From: a bacterium
GTDB taxonomy: Bacteria > Oederibacteriota > JAAXVQ01 > JAUVAV01
Direction of reading: 5' to 3'
DNA length: 64,000 nucleotides
Assembly: GCA_021108215.1 (NCBI GenBank)
Contig: JAIORK010000036.1
Location: forward strand, 22,948 to 86,947
Within the stretch, counting starts at the first letter, position 1. Every line of letters starts with the position of its first letter. Shown one piece after another: positions 10,346 to 18,352 of this stretch. The notes below the pieces were generated by a model. The model saw only the letters and a list, made by a program, of their open reading frames with translations, was not told where the DNA came from and made no database searches. The position numbers and the translations under genes are program-made.

Positions 10346-10530
10346 GAATCTTGTTCCTCCAAAATTTTCAATACCCATTTTTTGCCTTAGCAAAGAAGGG
10401 GGTTCACCTTACCATTGCGTGGTAAACCTGTCAAATAAATTATCGGTTATTATAAATAAATAATAAAGCGCTTTTTTATTCCCACTGACGCCCTGGTCAA
10501 ATTTACAATCCATTCCTATTTAATGCTACT

Positions 10531-10676
10531 GATTTTAATCGTCCCCTTCACGTTCCCTTGCACAATAACACGCGCCATATAGACACCGGGCACAACATCT
10601 TGGCAGTCCCAGACCAGACTTTGACCCGGACCCTCCGGCAACTCTTCCTGCAGTATTGCCACACGCTAACAGAAAT
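10531..10676 (-). pseudogene. Orphan 3' fragment of a T9SS C-terminal-domain gene (paralogous to the end of 14267..16906)
   Basis: About 88% nucleotide identity over ~140 bp with 14281..14420. Encodes ...LPEGPGQSLVWDCQDVVPGVYMARVIVQGNVKGTIK* behind an in-frame stop, with no upstream body; sits directly after the metE stop. Confidence 0.5.
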
Positions 10677-12977
10677 TTATCCGCTTATCTTGATTTGCCC
10701 TCTCAGCTCTTTGGCTGCTGCAACCATGTTGTGCAAGGCATCGTTGACTTCAGGCCAATTTCTGGTCTTCACTCCGCAATCAGGATTAATCCACAATTGT
10801 TCAACCGCCATAACTGCCATTGCTTTTTTCATCCTATTGATAATTGCTTCCTTTTCCGGAACAAGCGGTGAATGGATATCATAAACTCCCGGACCGATAT
10901 CATTGGGATACTTAAATTCACCAAAGGCCGTCAAAAGCACCATATCCGACCGCGAGGCCTCAATCGATATAACATCTGCGTCCATTGCGGCAATGGCATC
11001 CAAAATATCCTCAAAGTCCCCATAACACATGTGCGTATGAATCTGCGTTTCATTCTTAACCCCCGCTGATGCCAATCGAAAACAATCCACTCCCCATTTC
11101 AGATATGCGGGCCATTCGGTTTTTTTCAGCGGCAACCCTTCCCGCAAAGCCGGTTCATCAATCTGTATCACATGAATACCCGCTCGTTCCAAATCAGCTA
11201 CCTCATCCCGAATCGCCAAGGCGATTTGTTGACAGGTATCCTTCCTCGGCTGATCATCACGTACAAAAGACCATTGCAAAATAGTAACCGGTCCGGTAAG
11301 CATGCCTTTCATTGGTTTTTTCGTTAAAGATTGTGCAAAAGAACTCCACGCTACGGTCATCGGTTCTTTTCTTTCCACATCTCCATAAATAATCGGCGGT
11401 TTGACACAGCGAGACCCATAGCTCTGTACCCATCCGTTTTTAGTAAAGACAAAACCATCCAGATGTTCACCAAAATATTCAACCATATCCGTACGTTCAA
11501 ATTCTCCATGCACCAATACATCCAGGCCTATCTCTTCCTGAAATGCGATACACTTTCTTGTTTCTTCCTTTAAAAACTGTTGGTACGCTTCCTGATTCAA
11601 TTTCCCTGATTTTAAATCCCGTCTTTTCAAACGAACCGATTGCGTCTGCGGAAAAGATCCGATCGTTGTTGTCGGCAACAAAGGCAGCCGGAATTTTTCC
11701 TGCTGCATCTTTTTCCGTTCATTAAACGGAGCATTTCTGGCCAGCATCCGGGCAGTAACTTTGCGACCCCGTTCTTTAATCCGTAATTGATTGACTTTTT
11801 CCGATTTTCGTCTGAATTGAACAGCTGCCTGTCTTTTGGTTAATTCATCAGCTATTACACTCTTTCCTTGAGTGCCCACTTTTCCTAAAAGGACTATTTC
11901 ATCCATTTTTTCTTTTGCAAAACACAGCCAGGATTTAATCTCCTCATCAAGCTCGGTTTCTTCTTCCAGGCCAAACGGAACATGCAATAACGAACATGAA
12001 GAACTAATGATTACATTATTTTCACCCAGCTTGGTTATCGCTTTTTCAATCATTGGAATAAAAATCCCCAGATCGCTGCGCCAGATATTCCTCCCATTAA
12101 TCACACCCAGAGACAATTGTTGATCCGGTCTGATGATTTCCAAAACCTGATCAAGTTGTTCCGGCGCTCTAACAAGATCAACATGTAAACCATCGATTGG
12201 ACAATTGACAATGTCATTTAAATAATTTGTGATACCGCCAAAGTATGTGGTTAATTGTATTTTCCATCTTGAATCTACTGATGATAATTGTTTATAGGTT
12301 TTATGAACAGCTGCAGCAACGTCTTCTGCCCGGTCCAAAACCAAACAGGGTTCATCCATCTGAATCCAATCCGCCCCGGCTTCCGCCAATTTATCCAATA
12401 TAGCTTCATAAACCGGCAAAAGTAATGGCAATAATGTTAATACTGATGCCGCGCCATCAACCATTCTTCCCGACAAAAGATAAGAAACCGGCCCAAGCAA
12501 AACAGGCCGGGTATGAATCCCCATTGCCTTGGCCTCTTCAAATTCCCGAACCGCTTTCAATGCATAAAGTTTAAATTCCTGGTTTTCTTTAAATTCAGGA
12601 ACAAGATAGTGATAGTTGGTATCAAACCATTTGGTCATTTCCATGGCGGGAATATTCTGATTGTCGTTTTTTTTACCGCGTGCCATTGCAAAATATAAAT
12701 CAAGATCAATATCACCGTCATTCCAATTGTAGCGTTCGGGCACGGCACCTACCATACAAGTCGTATCAAGAACCTGATCATAAAACGAAAAATCATTGGA
12801 AGGAATAATTCCCAATTGATGTTCCTGCATTAGCCGCCAGTGAGCGACTCTTAATGCTGAAGCAACCTCAAGTAATTCTTCCTTATTTATTTCCCCCCTC
12901 CAATATTTTTCCAGAGCTTTTTTAAGCTCGCGTTTTTTTCCCATTCTGGGAAATCCTAAAACTGCAGTTTTGGCCAT
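10677..12977 (-). CDS. metE: 5-methyltetrahydropteroyltriglutamate--homocysteine S-methyltransferase (cobalamin-independent methionine synthase)
   Basis: N-terminus MAKTAVLGFPRMGKKRELKKALEKYW and C-terminal Zn-binding region are typical of MetE; ~766 aa after start reassignment to the ATG preceded by AGGGGG (the listed ORF has a 38-aa extension). Confidence 0.93.
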   Translation of the reverse strand: MAKTAVLGFPRMGKKRELKKALEKYWRGEINKEELLEVASALRVAHWRLMQEHQLGIIPSNDFSFYDQVLDTTCMVGAVPERYNWNDGDIDLDLYFAMARGKKNDNQNIPAMEMTKWFDTNYHYLVPEFKENQEFKLYALKAVREFEEAKAMGIHTRPVLLGPVSYLLSGRMVDGAASVLTLLPLLLPVYEAILDKLAEAGADWIQMDEPCLVLDRAEDVAAAVHKTYKQLSSVDSRWKIQLTTYFGGITNYLNDIVNCPIDGLHVDLVRAPEQLDQVLEIIRPDQQLSLGVINGRNIWRSDLGIFIPMIEKAITKLGENNVIISSSCSLLHVPFGLEEETELDEEIKSWLCFAKEKMDEIVLLGKVGTQGKSVIADELTKRQAAVQFRRKSEKVNQLRIKERGRKVTARMLARNAPFNERKKMQQEKFRLPLLPTTTIGSFPQTQSVRLKRRDLKSGKLNQEAYQQFLKEETRKCIAFQEEIGLDVLVHGEFERTDMVEYFGEHLDGFVFTKNGWVQSYGSRCVKPPIIYGDVERKEPMTVAWSSFAQSLTKKPMKGMLTGPVTILQWSFVRDDQPRKDTCQQIALAIRDEVADLERAGIHVIQIDEPALREGLPLKKTEWPAYLKWGVDCFRLASAGVKNETQIHTHMCYGDFEDILDAIAAMDADVISIEASRSDMVLLTAFGEFKYPNDIGPGVYDIHSPLVPEKEAIINRMKKAMAVMAVEQLWINPDCGVKTRNWPEVNDALHNMVAAAKELRGQIKISG

Positions 12978-13059
12978 CCTCGGGCCCCCTTTCAAAATAA
13001 AAAACCCTGACCTGTCATGCACGGGGCATAAAACAGACCAGGGGATCATTGAAAGTCCT

Positions 13060-13265
13060 GCCTTCCGATGATGCTTTCCCGGCTGCTTCACCCCAATCCA
13101 CGAGGGTCAAACAAGTTTTTTGTCTTAAGCAGGTCTTCTGGCTTCCGGATCGTTCTACTAACCCAACCTTCCCATCCGTATTGAATAGTGGTCATTTGGG
13201 TGTTCGTCACCGGTTACAGCGGCGGGACCGCGACGGACTTGCACCGTCTTCCCTTTTCATCCTCT
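13060..13265 (-). promoter_or_regulatory. Cobalamin (AdoCbl) riboswitch in the metE leader
   Basis: Minus-strand sequence GGGAAGACGGTGCAAGTCCGTCGCGGTCCCGCCGCTGTAACC...GCCAGAAGACCTGC matches the conserved cobalamin riboswitch core (GGTG.AA.TCC, CCCGCCGCTGTAA, B12-box GCCAGAAGACCTGC). Followed by a hairpin/U-tract before the metE RBS. Confidence 0.8.
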
Positions 13266-13382
13266 CGCGAGGAACATAAGACTTTTTTTATTAGATAGAT
13301 TTTATCGTTATAAAATTGAAAGTCAATCCTTAACTTACCGTTCCACATTTTTTTCGCGTTTTTTAGTGTGTCATGGAGCTGG

Positions 13383-14222
13383 TCAATCTTTGAGCGCTTT
13401 CAGAATATTTCTAAATCTCGTTGCGCTGATGGGATGGTATGCCAGAATATCACCTTGATACAGTATCCCAAACGTCCCAAACGGCACCGGACTTTGCTGT
13501 GCTGCTCTGCTGTCATTTAAATCCACAATCTTGAGTGTCAGCTTAAATTCATTTTTCGCAACCTCCGCCATTTCCTGCACATTGGTCACCGTATAAGGAC
13601 ATTGATCAGCTCTGAAAAGAATGAGTCCCTTTTTCCATTTTTCCGGGATGGTTTTTAATTGCACTGCAAAGCAAGGTGGCGGTGTCCGTGTCTGTGTGGA
13701 AAATGTCTTTGCCATCAATAAAAAATCGGGCTCTGACCGGTCCACAACCGCATACTTTCTTTTTAGAAATATCCGTTCATCCGCCATAAAAGAACCCTTA
13801 CGCACCACCACGGCAACACCCGCCAATTTTTGTTTCTTTGCATCCGCTTCACACTGTTCAATCAGCTTGGAGGCATATCCGTGCCCTTTAAATTCTTTTT
13901 TAAATCCCACAAACAAACAGTGAATCACCATATACTTATCCGCCCGGATGGACCGCCAGCAAGTTTTACCCGGCATATATTCAATCATTCCCTGTGTTCC
14001 GGTTTTTTCAGAATGAAGCATAAATACTCTCAAACCGTGTTTCAACTGTTCTAAAACCCACCCGGTTTTTTCCTGATACCCGGGCCGTTTTGGATTTTTA
14101 TACCCACAAAAGGCAAACGTCTGATAATTTTCCGGTGTCACTTGTATCATTTTCAACGCATCCATGACAGCCTCCCTTGGCAGTATTAATGTTGCGCACA
14201 TCATAACACAATCACGTGACAA
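13383..14222 (-). CDS. GNAT family N-acetyltransferase
   Basis: Acetyl-CoA binding motif A (HCLFVGFKKEFKGHGYASKLIE) in the N-terminal half, extra C-terminal domain; start codon uncertain (several in-frame ATGs). Confidence 0.6.
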   Translation of the reverse strand: MSRDCVMMCATLILPREAVMDALKMIQVTPENYQTFAFCGYKNPKRPGYQEKTGWVLEQLKHGLRVFMLHSEKTGTQGMIEYMPGKTCWRSIRADKYMVIHCLFVGFKKEFKGHGYASKLIEQCEADAKKQKLAGVAVVVRKGSFMADERIFLKRKYAVVDRSEPDFLLMAKTFSTQTRTPPPCFAVQLKTIPEKWKKGLILFRADQCPYTVTNVQEMAEVAKNEFKLTLKIVDLNDSRAAQQSPVPFGTFGILYQGDILAYHPISATRFRNILKALKD

Positions 14223-14266
14223 CCCTGTGTCAGGTTTGGGATATACGCCGACTGTTTTTATGCAAT

Positions 14267-16906
14267 TTATTTAACAATGCTAACTTTGATAGTCCCCTTC
14301 ACGCTCCCTTGCACAATAACACGCGCCATATAGACACCGGGCGCAACATCTTTGCAGTCCCAGTCCAGGCTTTGGCCCGGACCCTCCGGTAAATTTTCCT
14401 GCAGTACCGCCACGCGCTCACCGATCAAATTATAGAGCATAATCTCAACCTGGGCAGCTTGCTCCAAATGGAGCACAAAGCGCATCTCTGATTTGGCTGG
14501 ATTGGGAAATGCCAACGCCGGCCGGCCGCCCAGGTCGACATTGAGCAAAGGATTGTCCGGTGTCACGGTTGCGGTTGGCGTTACGGTCAAAGTGGGTGAG
14601 ACGGTTTGGGTCAATGTAATAGTTCCGGTCAGGGTAATGGTGGGTGTCACGGTTGCGGTAAAAGTGATGGTCCGGGTAGGTGTCGCGGTTGCGGTCGGCG
14701 GTCCAATCACAACCACATCCGTTGCAAACGAGGATGTATTGTTACTGCTGTCCGTGGCCAAAGCGGAAACCGTCTCTCCGCCAACCAGACCGGACGGCGT
14801 GAGGCTCCAGTTGCCCGAGCCATCGGCCGTGGTCCTGCCGACCAGGGAAATGCTCCCTCCCGGATTTCCGCCCGCTTCAGCCAGGAAAACCTCGATGTAA
14901 TCATTATTCCCCGCGGTTCCGGAAATCAGGGTGCTGGAGGCAGCCGTAATCACAGGCGGTATTTTATCCGTATTGCCGCCCGCGGACAACAGAATCGCAT
15001 CATGGCCTATCGCTGTGATGGTATTGGCAAACAAACCGTTTTGAATTGCATTGGAATTTAAAATACTAATTCCATAATTCATGCCGGTAAAAATATTTCC
15101 CGAACCGGTATGCTGAATACCAAAAAAATTGCCCTGCCCGTTCGAAATACGGACACCGGTACCCATGGTCAATCCAGTGGCCGTGCCGTCTGGCATGCAA
15201 TTAAGCCAGTTCTGGCATATGGTATTGTTGTCCGCTCCGTCATACAGTTCAAATCCGTAGTTTAAACAGTAAATATAGTTGCGGTCTTCAGGCAGCAGTC
15301 CGCCAATCACGTTATCGATCGCGACGCGAAGCTGGAAACCGTTAAAATTCTCGATTACGCTGCTACGGTCAAGACTCAACCCGATATCATTTCCCAGTAT
15401 ATAATTGCCAACCGCAAGTTCCAGAAAAACCGCATTCAAACTATTGCCGGAAATGATATTGCGGTAGATGGGATCCGGACCGCCGATATAATTGTTGGTG
15501 GCATTCGCGTAATATAAGCGGAGGCCGTGATAATTGGGAATCGCGGCATTTCCGGCCAGATTAAGGCCGATAATGTTTCCGATCACAGTATTTCCCTGGC
15601 AGTCGTAAATGAGCACACCCGCGTTTCCCGTACCACTGCTGCCTGAAATCAAATTGCCCCGCATCTGGCCGGCTGACAAATTGGGTCCGCCGACCAGATT
15701 ATTATCACCGGTTATCCATACCCCGCACTGGTCGCTGATGGCTGCCGCGTCACCGGCCCAGTTGGTGCCGATCAAATTGCCGCTTACCGTATTGCCCGAT
15801 CCTTGCAGCCGGATATTGTATTGGCTGCCGGATATCAGATTGCGTTCCTTATATGCTGCATTCAAATGACCGCCGATCGCGAAAGAAAACCCATACAGAT
15901 CAAGACCGTAACTGGAATTATTGGTAATCTGGTTGTTCTGGATAATATAATGATGCGAGGTTGTGGCAGTGTTATAAATGCCGCGGTCATTGGCCGCAAT
16001 GGTATTGCCATAACCGTCTACAGGCAAACCGATCCAGTTGTTATTGGAATAATTGCCGATACCAATCCCGGCAAAGGAGTGGCCCAAAGGTGTGGCCATA
16101 TCACTGCCCAGACCGATCACATTGCCGCAGACACTGTTGCCCGAGGTTGCCGCATAGGTGAAACGCAGACCCGAGTTGCTGTTGCCGGATATCAGGTTGC
16201 CCTCATTGGCATACCAGCTCCCACCGATCATATTATTTTCACATTGATCACCAAACTCCACGCCAACTAAATTAGGCCGGGCCAAAAGCCCGGAGCTGTC
16301 GGTCCCAATATAATTATTCTGGATTTTCATACTGCTGCAGTGACCAACATATATGCCATAATGGGTATTACTGGATATAATGTTGCGGTCACTGATATTG
16401 GGTGTGCCGATCACTGCATTCGTACTGCCCAAAATGTAAAGACCGTCGCGATTTGGCCGGCTTACATCTGTCCAGTCAAGACCGATCCTGCATCCGGTAA
16501 TTGAAATATTGTCGGCATTAACGGAGCGGATTGCCTGATACGCATCCACCAACGCTACATTTCTGAATTGCGTATTATCACTGGTTATGGCAATCAAAAA
16601 CATATACGTATTACTCTCCTGCGCCGGATAGTACCCGATCACCACGTCATTACTCTCCCCATCAATAATTAATTCATTATTAATCCATATTGCGCTGAAA
16701 ACCGTGATGGAATTGGAATTGCCGCTGGCGCCCGGCCCAAAGGTAATGGTATCACCTGCCGTGGCATCCAGAACCGCCTGGCGCAACGTCCCCGCACCGC
16801 TGTCCTCGCGGCTGGTGACTTGAATGGTAGCAGCTTGCGCAAGTGTCGCCATACCGCATAAAATAATAACTGCAATATACCTGACCCCTAAATATCTTTT
16901 CACCAT
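14267..16906 (-). CDS. Secreted right-handed parallel beta-helix repeat protein with Thr-rich linker and T9SS (Por) C-terminal sorting domain
   Basis: Signal peptide (GMATLAQA). Dozens of N.I.GN/NxIxxN beta-helix rungs. TATATPTRTITFTATVTPTITLTGTITL linker. C-terminal FPNPAKSEMRFVL...YNLIGERVAVL...GVYMARV matches the Por secretion tail (T9SS CTD) pattern. Confidence 0.7.
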   Translation of the reverse strand: MVKRYLGVRYIAVIILCGMATLAQAATIQVTSREDSGAGTLRQAVLDATAGDTITFGPGASGNSNSITVFSAIWINNELIIDGESNDVVIGYYPAQESNTYMFLIAITSDNTQFRNVALVDAYQAIRSVNADNISITGCRIGLDWTDVSRPNRDGLYILGSTNAVIGTPNISDRNIISSNTHYGIYVGHCSSMKIQNNYIGTDSSGLLARPNLVGVEFGDQCENNMIGGSWYANEGNLISGNSNSGLRFTYAATSGNSVCGNVIGLGSDMATPLGHSFAGIGIGNYSNNNWIGLPVDGYGNTIAANDRGIYNTATTSHHYIIQNNQITNNSSYGLDLYGFSFAIGGHLNAAYKERNLISGSQYNIRLQGSGNTVSGNLIGTNWAGDAAAISDQCGVWITGDNNLVGGPNLSAGQMRGNLISGSSGTGNAGVLIYDCQGNTVIGNIIGLNLAGNAAIPNYHGLRLYYANATNNYIGGPDPIYRNIISGNSLNAVFLELAVGNYILGNDIGLSLDRSSVIENFNGFQLRVAIDNVIGGLLPEDRNYIYCLNYGFELYDGADNNTICQNWLNCMPDGTATGLTMGTGVRISNGQGNFFGIQHTGSGNIFTGMNYGISILNSNAIQNGLFANTITAIGHDAILLSAGGNTDKIPPVITAASSTLISGTAGNNDYIEVFLAEAGGNPGGSISLVGRTTADGSGNWSLTPSGLVGGETVSALATDSSNNTSSFATDVVVIGPPTATATPTRTITFTATVTPTITLTGTITLTQTVSPTLTVTPTATVTPDNPLLNVDLGGRPALAFPNPAKSEMRFVLHLEQAAQVEIMLYNLIGERVAVLQENLPEGPGQSLDWDCKDVAPGVYMARVIVQGSVKGTIKVSIVK

Positions 16907-17246
16907 GTCAAACCCCCATCTTCGTGATATTGCCTTCCCAATAAAGTAATAACACAGGTTTTTAAAACAAACTATAAAAACAAGGAAAAAGTCACAAAAT
17001 CAAATCAGGTGACGGACCATTACGGTTCCAGCGCTTGTGCAGCCAGGCGTTTCATCTGCTTGACAATTGCGGCCAGACCATTGGCCCGGGAGAGAGAGGT
17101 TGGTGCTTAATCCAATTTGTCTATAAAGATGAAAAAAAGGCAAAATGCCATTTGACATATCTCCAAATAAAGCTTATGTTTCTTATAGATTTCAGCCGGA
17201 TAGGGTTGGGATCAGTTAGGTTCATTTTATAGGAGGAACGTATTTC

Positions 17247-17450
17247 ATGGTACAAGGTAAAGTAAAGTGGTTTAATGATGCAAAAGGATTCGGTTTCTTG
17301 GAGCGCGAAGGCGGCAGTGATGTATTTGTTCATTTCTCAGCTCTCAAAGGCGACGGATTCAAAAGTTTGGCTGAAGGTGAAGCAGTAGAATTTGATGTCG
17401 TTGACGGTCCCAAAGGCCCTCAGGCATCCAATGTTTCCAAACTTGGCTAA
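17247..17450 (+). CDS. cspA: Cold-shock protein CspA family
   Basis: 67 aa, [12 protein letters not shown] and VFVHFSAL motifs; long 5' UTR typical of csp genes; RBS AGGAGG upstream. Confidence 0.9.
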   Translation: MVQGKVKWFNDAKGFGFLEREGGSDVFVHFSALKGDGFKSLAEGEAVEFDVVDGPKGPQASNVSKLG

Positions 17451-17487
17451 GCAACCCATCCGACAACTCGTTGTATAGGTTTTAATT

Positions 17488-17523
17488 AAAAACCCCCGTA
17501 CCTTTTGGTGCGGGGGTTTTTAA
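17488..17523 (+). terminator. Rho-independent terminator of cspA
   Basis: AAAAACCCCCGTACC-TTTTGG-TGCGGGGGTTTTT hairpin plus T-run 38 nt after the stop. Confidence 0.7.
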
Positions 17524-17597
17524 TTTGGGGTAGCGCTACCCTACTGCTCCCCATTAACAAAAGAAGAGTAGTATAAAAGCTCTTTATTTTCCTACTA

Positions 17598-18320
17598 CTA
17601 ATAGCACTCATAGTACGGTGGCTTTTTGGGTGTTGGATATATTTTAGCCGAATAGTGTATGTTTTTTATCTTGTCACGAAATTTGTTTTGCAAAATAATA
17701 TTATTTCTAATTGCTGAAATATACTTATCCAGCGCTATTACTAAATCAACCTTTAAGGCATTAATTGATATCGGCAACCAATATCCAGCATAGTTATTCA
17801 AATGCGTTATTTCTCCGGCAGAATGAACTTGCACTATTTGGAAGTGTTTAACATCAAGCCTTTTTTCAAATATTATTTTGCCATCATTATCTGCTATTTG
17901 GAAATTGTGGCTGTAACTATTTCGTTCACCGTCTTCATCAGAAAATACCAACCACTTTAATATCGCTTTTTTACTTTCGAGATCTATTAATAGATTTTGT
18001 GGATGAAATCTATGACACAATCCATGTCGATACATGTAATAAAACCATTTAACTTCCTGGTCTTTGTAAATACTTGTGTCAAAATAATTACGAATAAATC
18101 CTAACTCAACATCCTCACCATCTTTCCCGAAGGGTCTTTGACCATGAAGATATTCACTCAATTCCAGCACATAACTAAAAAACATCAATGGAATAGTAAA
18201 CTCTCCTATCCCTGCTTTTAGAAGAGCACCCATTTCTAAGAGGATCGAGTTTTTATAATCTTTATCCAAATATTCGATTATCTGGTCACTGCTAACATTT
18301 TTAAATAATTTCCAAGACAT
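17598..18320 (-). CDS. Hypothetical protein (240 aa), second gene of the uncharacterised two-gene island operon
   Basis: Intact AT-rich ORF 32 nt downstream of the 777-aa gene on the same strand; no recognisable catalytic motifs. Confidence 0.5.
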   Translation of the reverse strand: MSWKLFKNVSSDQIIEYLDKDYKNSILLEMGALLKAGIGEFTIPLMFFSYVLELSEYLHGQRPFGKDGEDVELGFIRNYFDTSIYKDQEVKWFYYMYRHGLCHRFHPQNLLIDLESKKAILKWLVFSDEDGERNSYSHNFQIADNDGKIIFEKRLDVKHFQIVQVHSAGEITHLNNYAGYWLPISINALKVDLVIALDKYISAIRNNIILQNKFRDKIKNIHYSAKIYPTPKKPPYYECY

Positions 18321-18352
18321 ACCTCATCTCCATTTTAGACCACTTATTGATT

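Noticed and set aside
12978-13091. N-terminal 38-aa extension of the metE ORF (and similar extensions of groEL, groES, cspA, gltX, mazE ORFs)
   Set aside because: Internal ATGs align with conserved family N-termini and are preceded by Shine-Dalgarno sequences located inside the putative extensions.
13049-13279. 76-aa plus-strand ORF upstream of metE
   Set aside because: Coincides with the structured cobalamin riboswitch on the opposite strand; no coding signal.
15803-16270. Plus-strand ORFs (155, 151, 135 aa) inside the beta-helix/T9SS gene
   Set aside because: Antisense to a repetitive Gly/Asn-rich gene; repeats give long spurious open frames.
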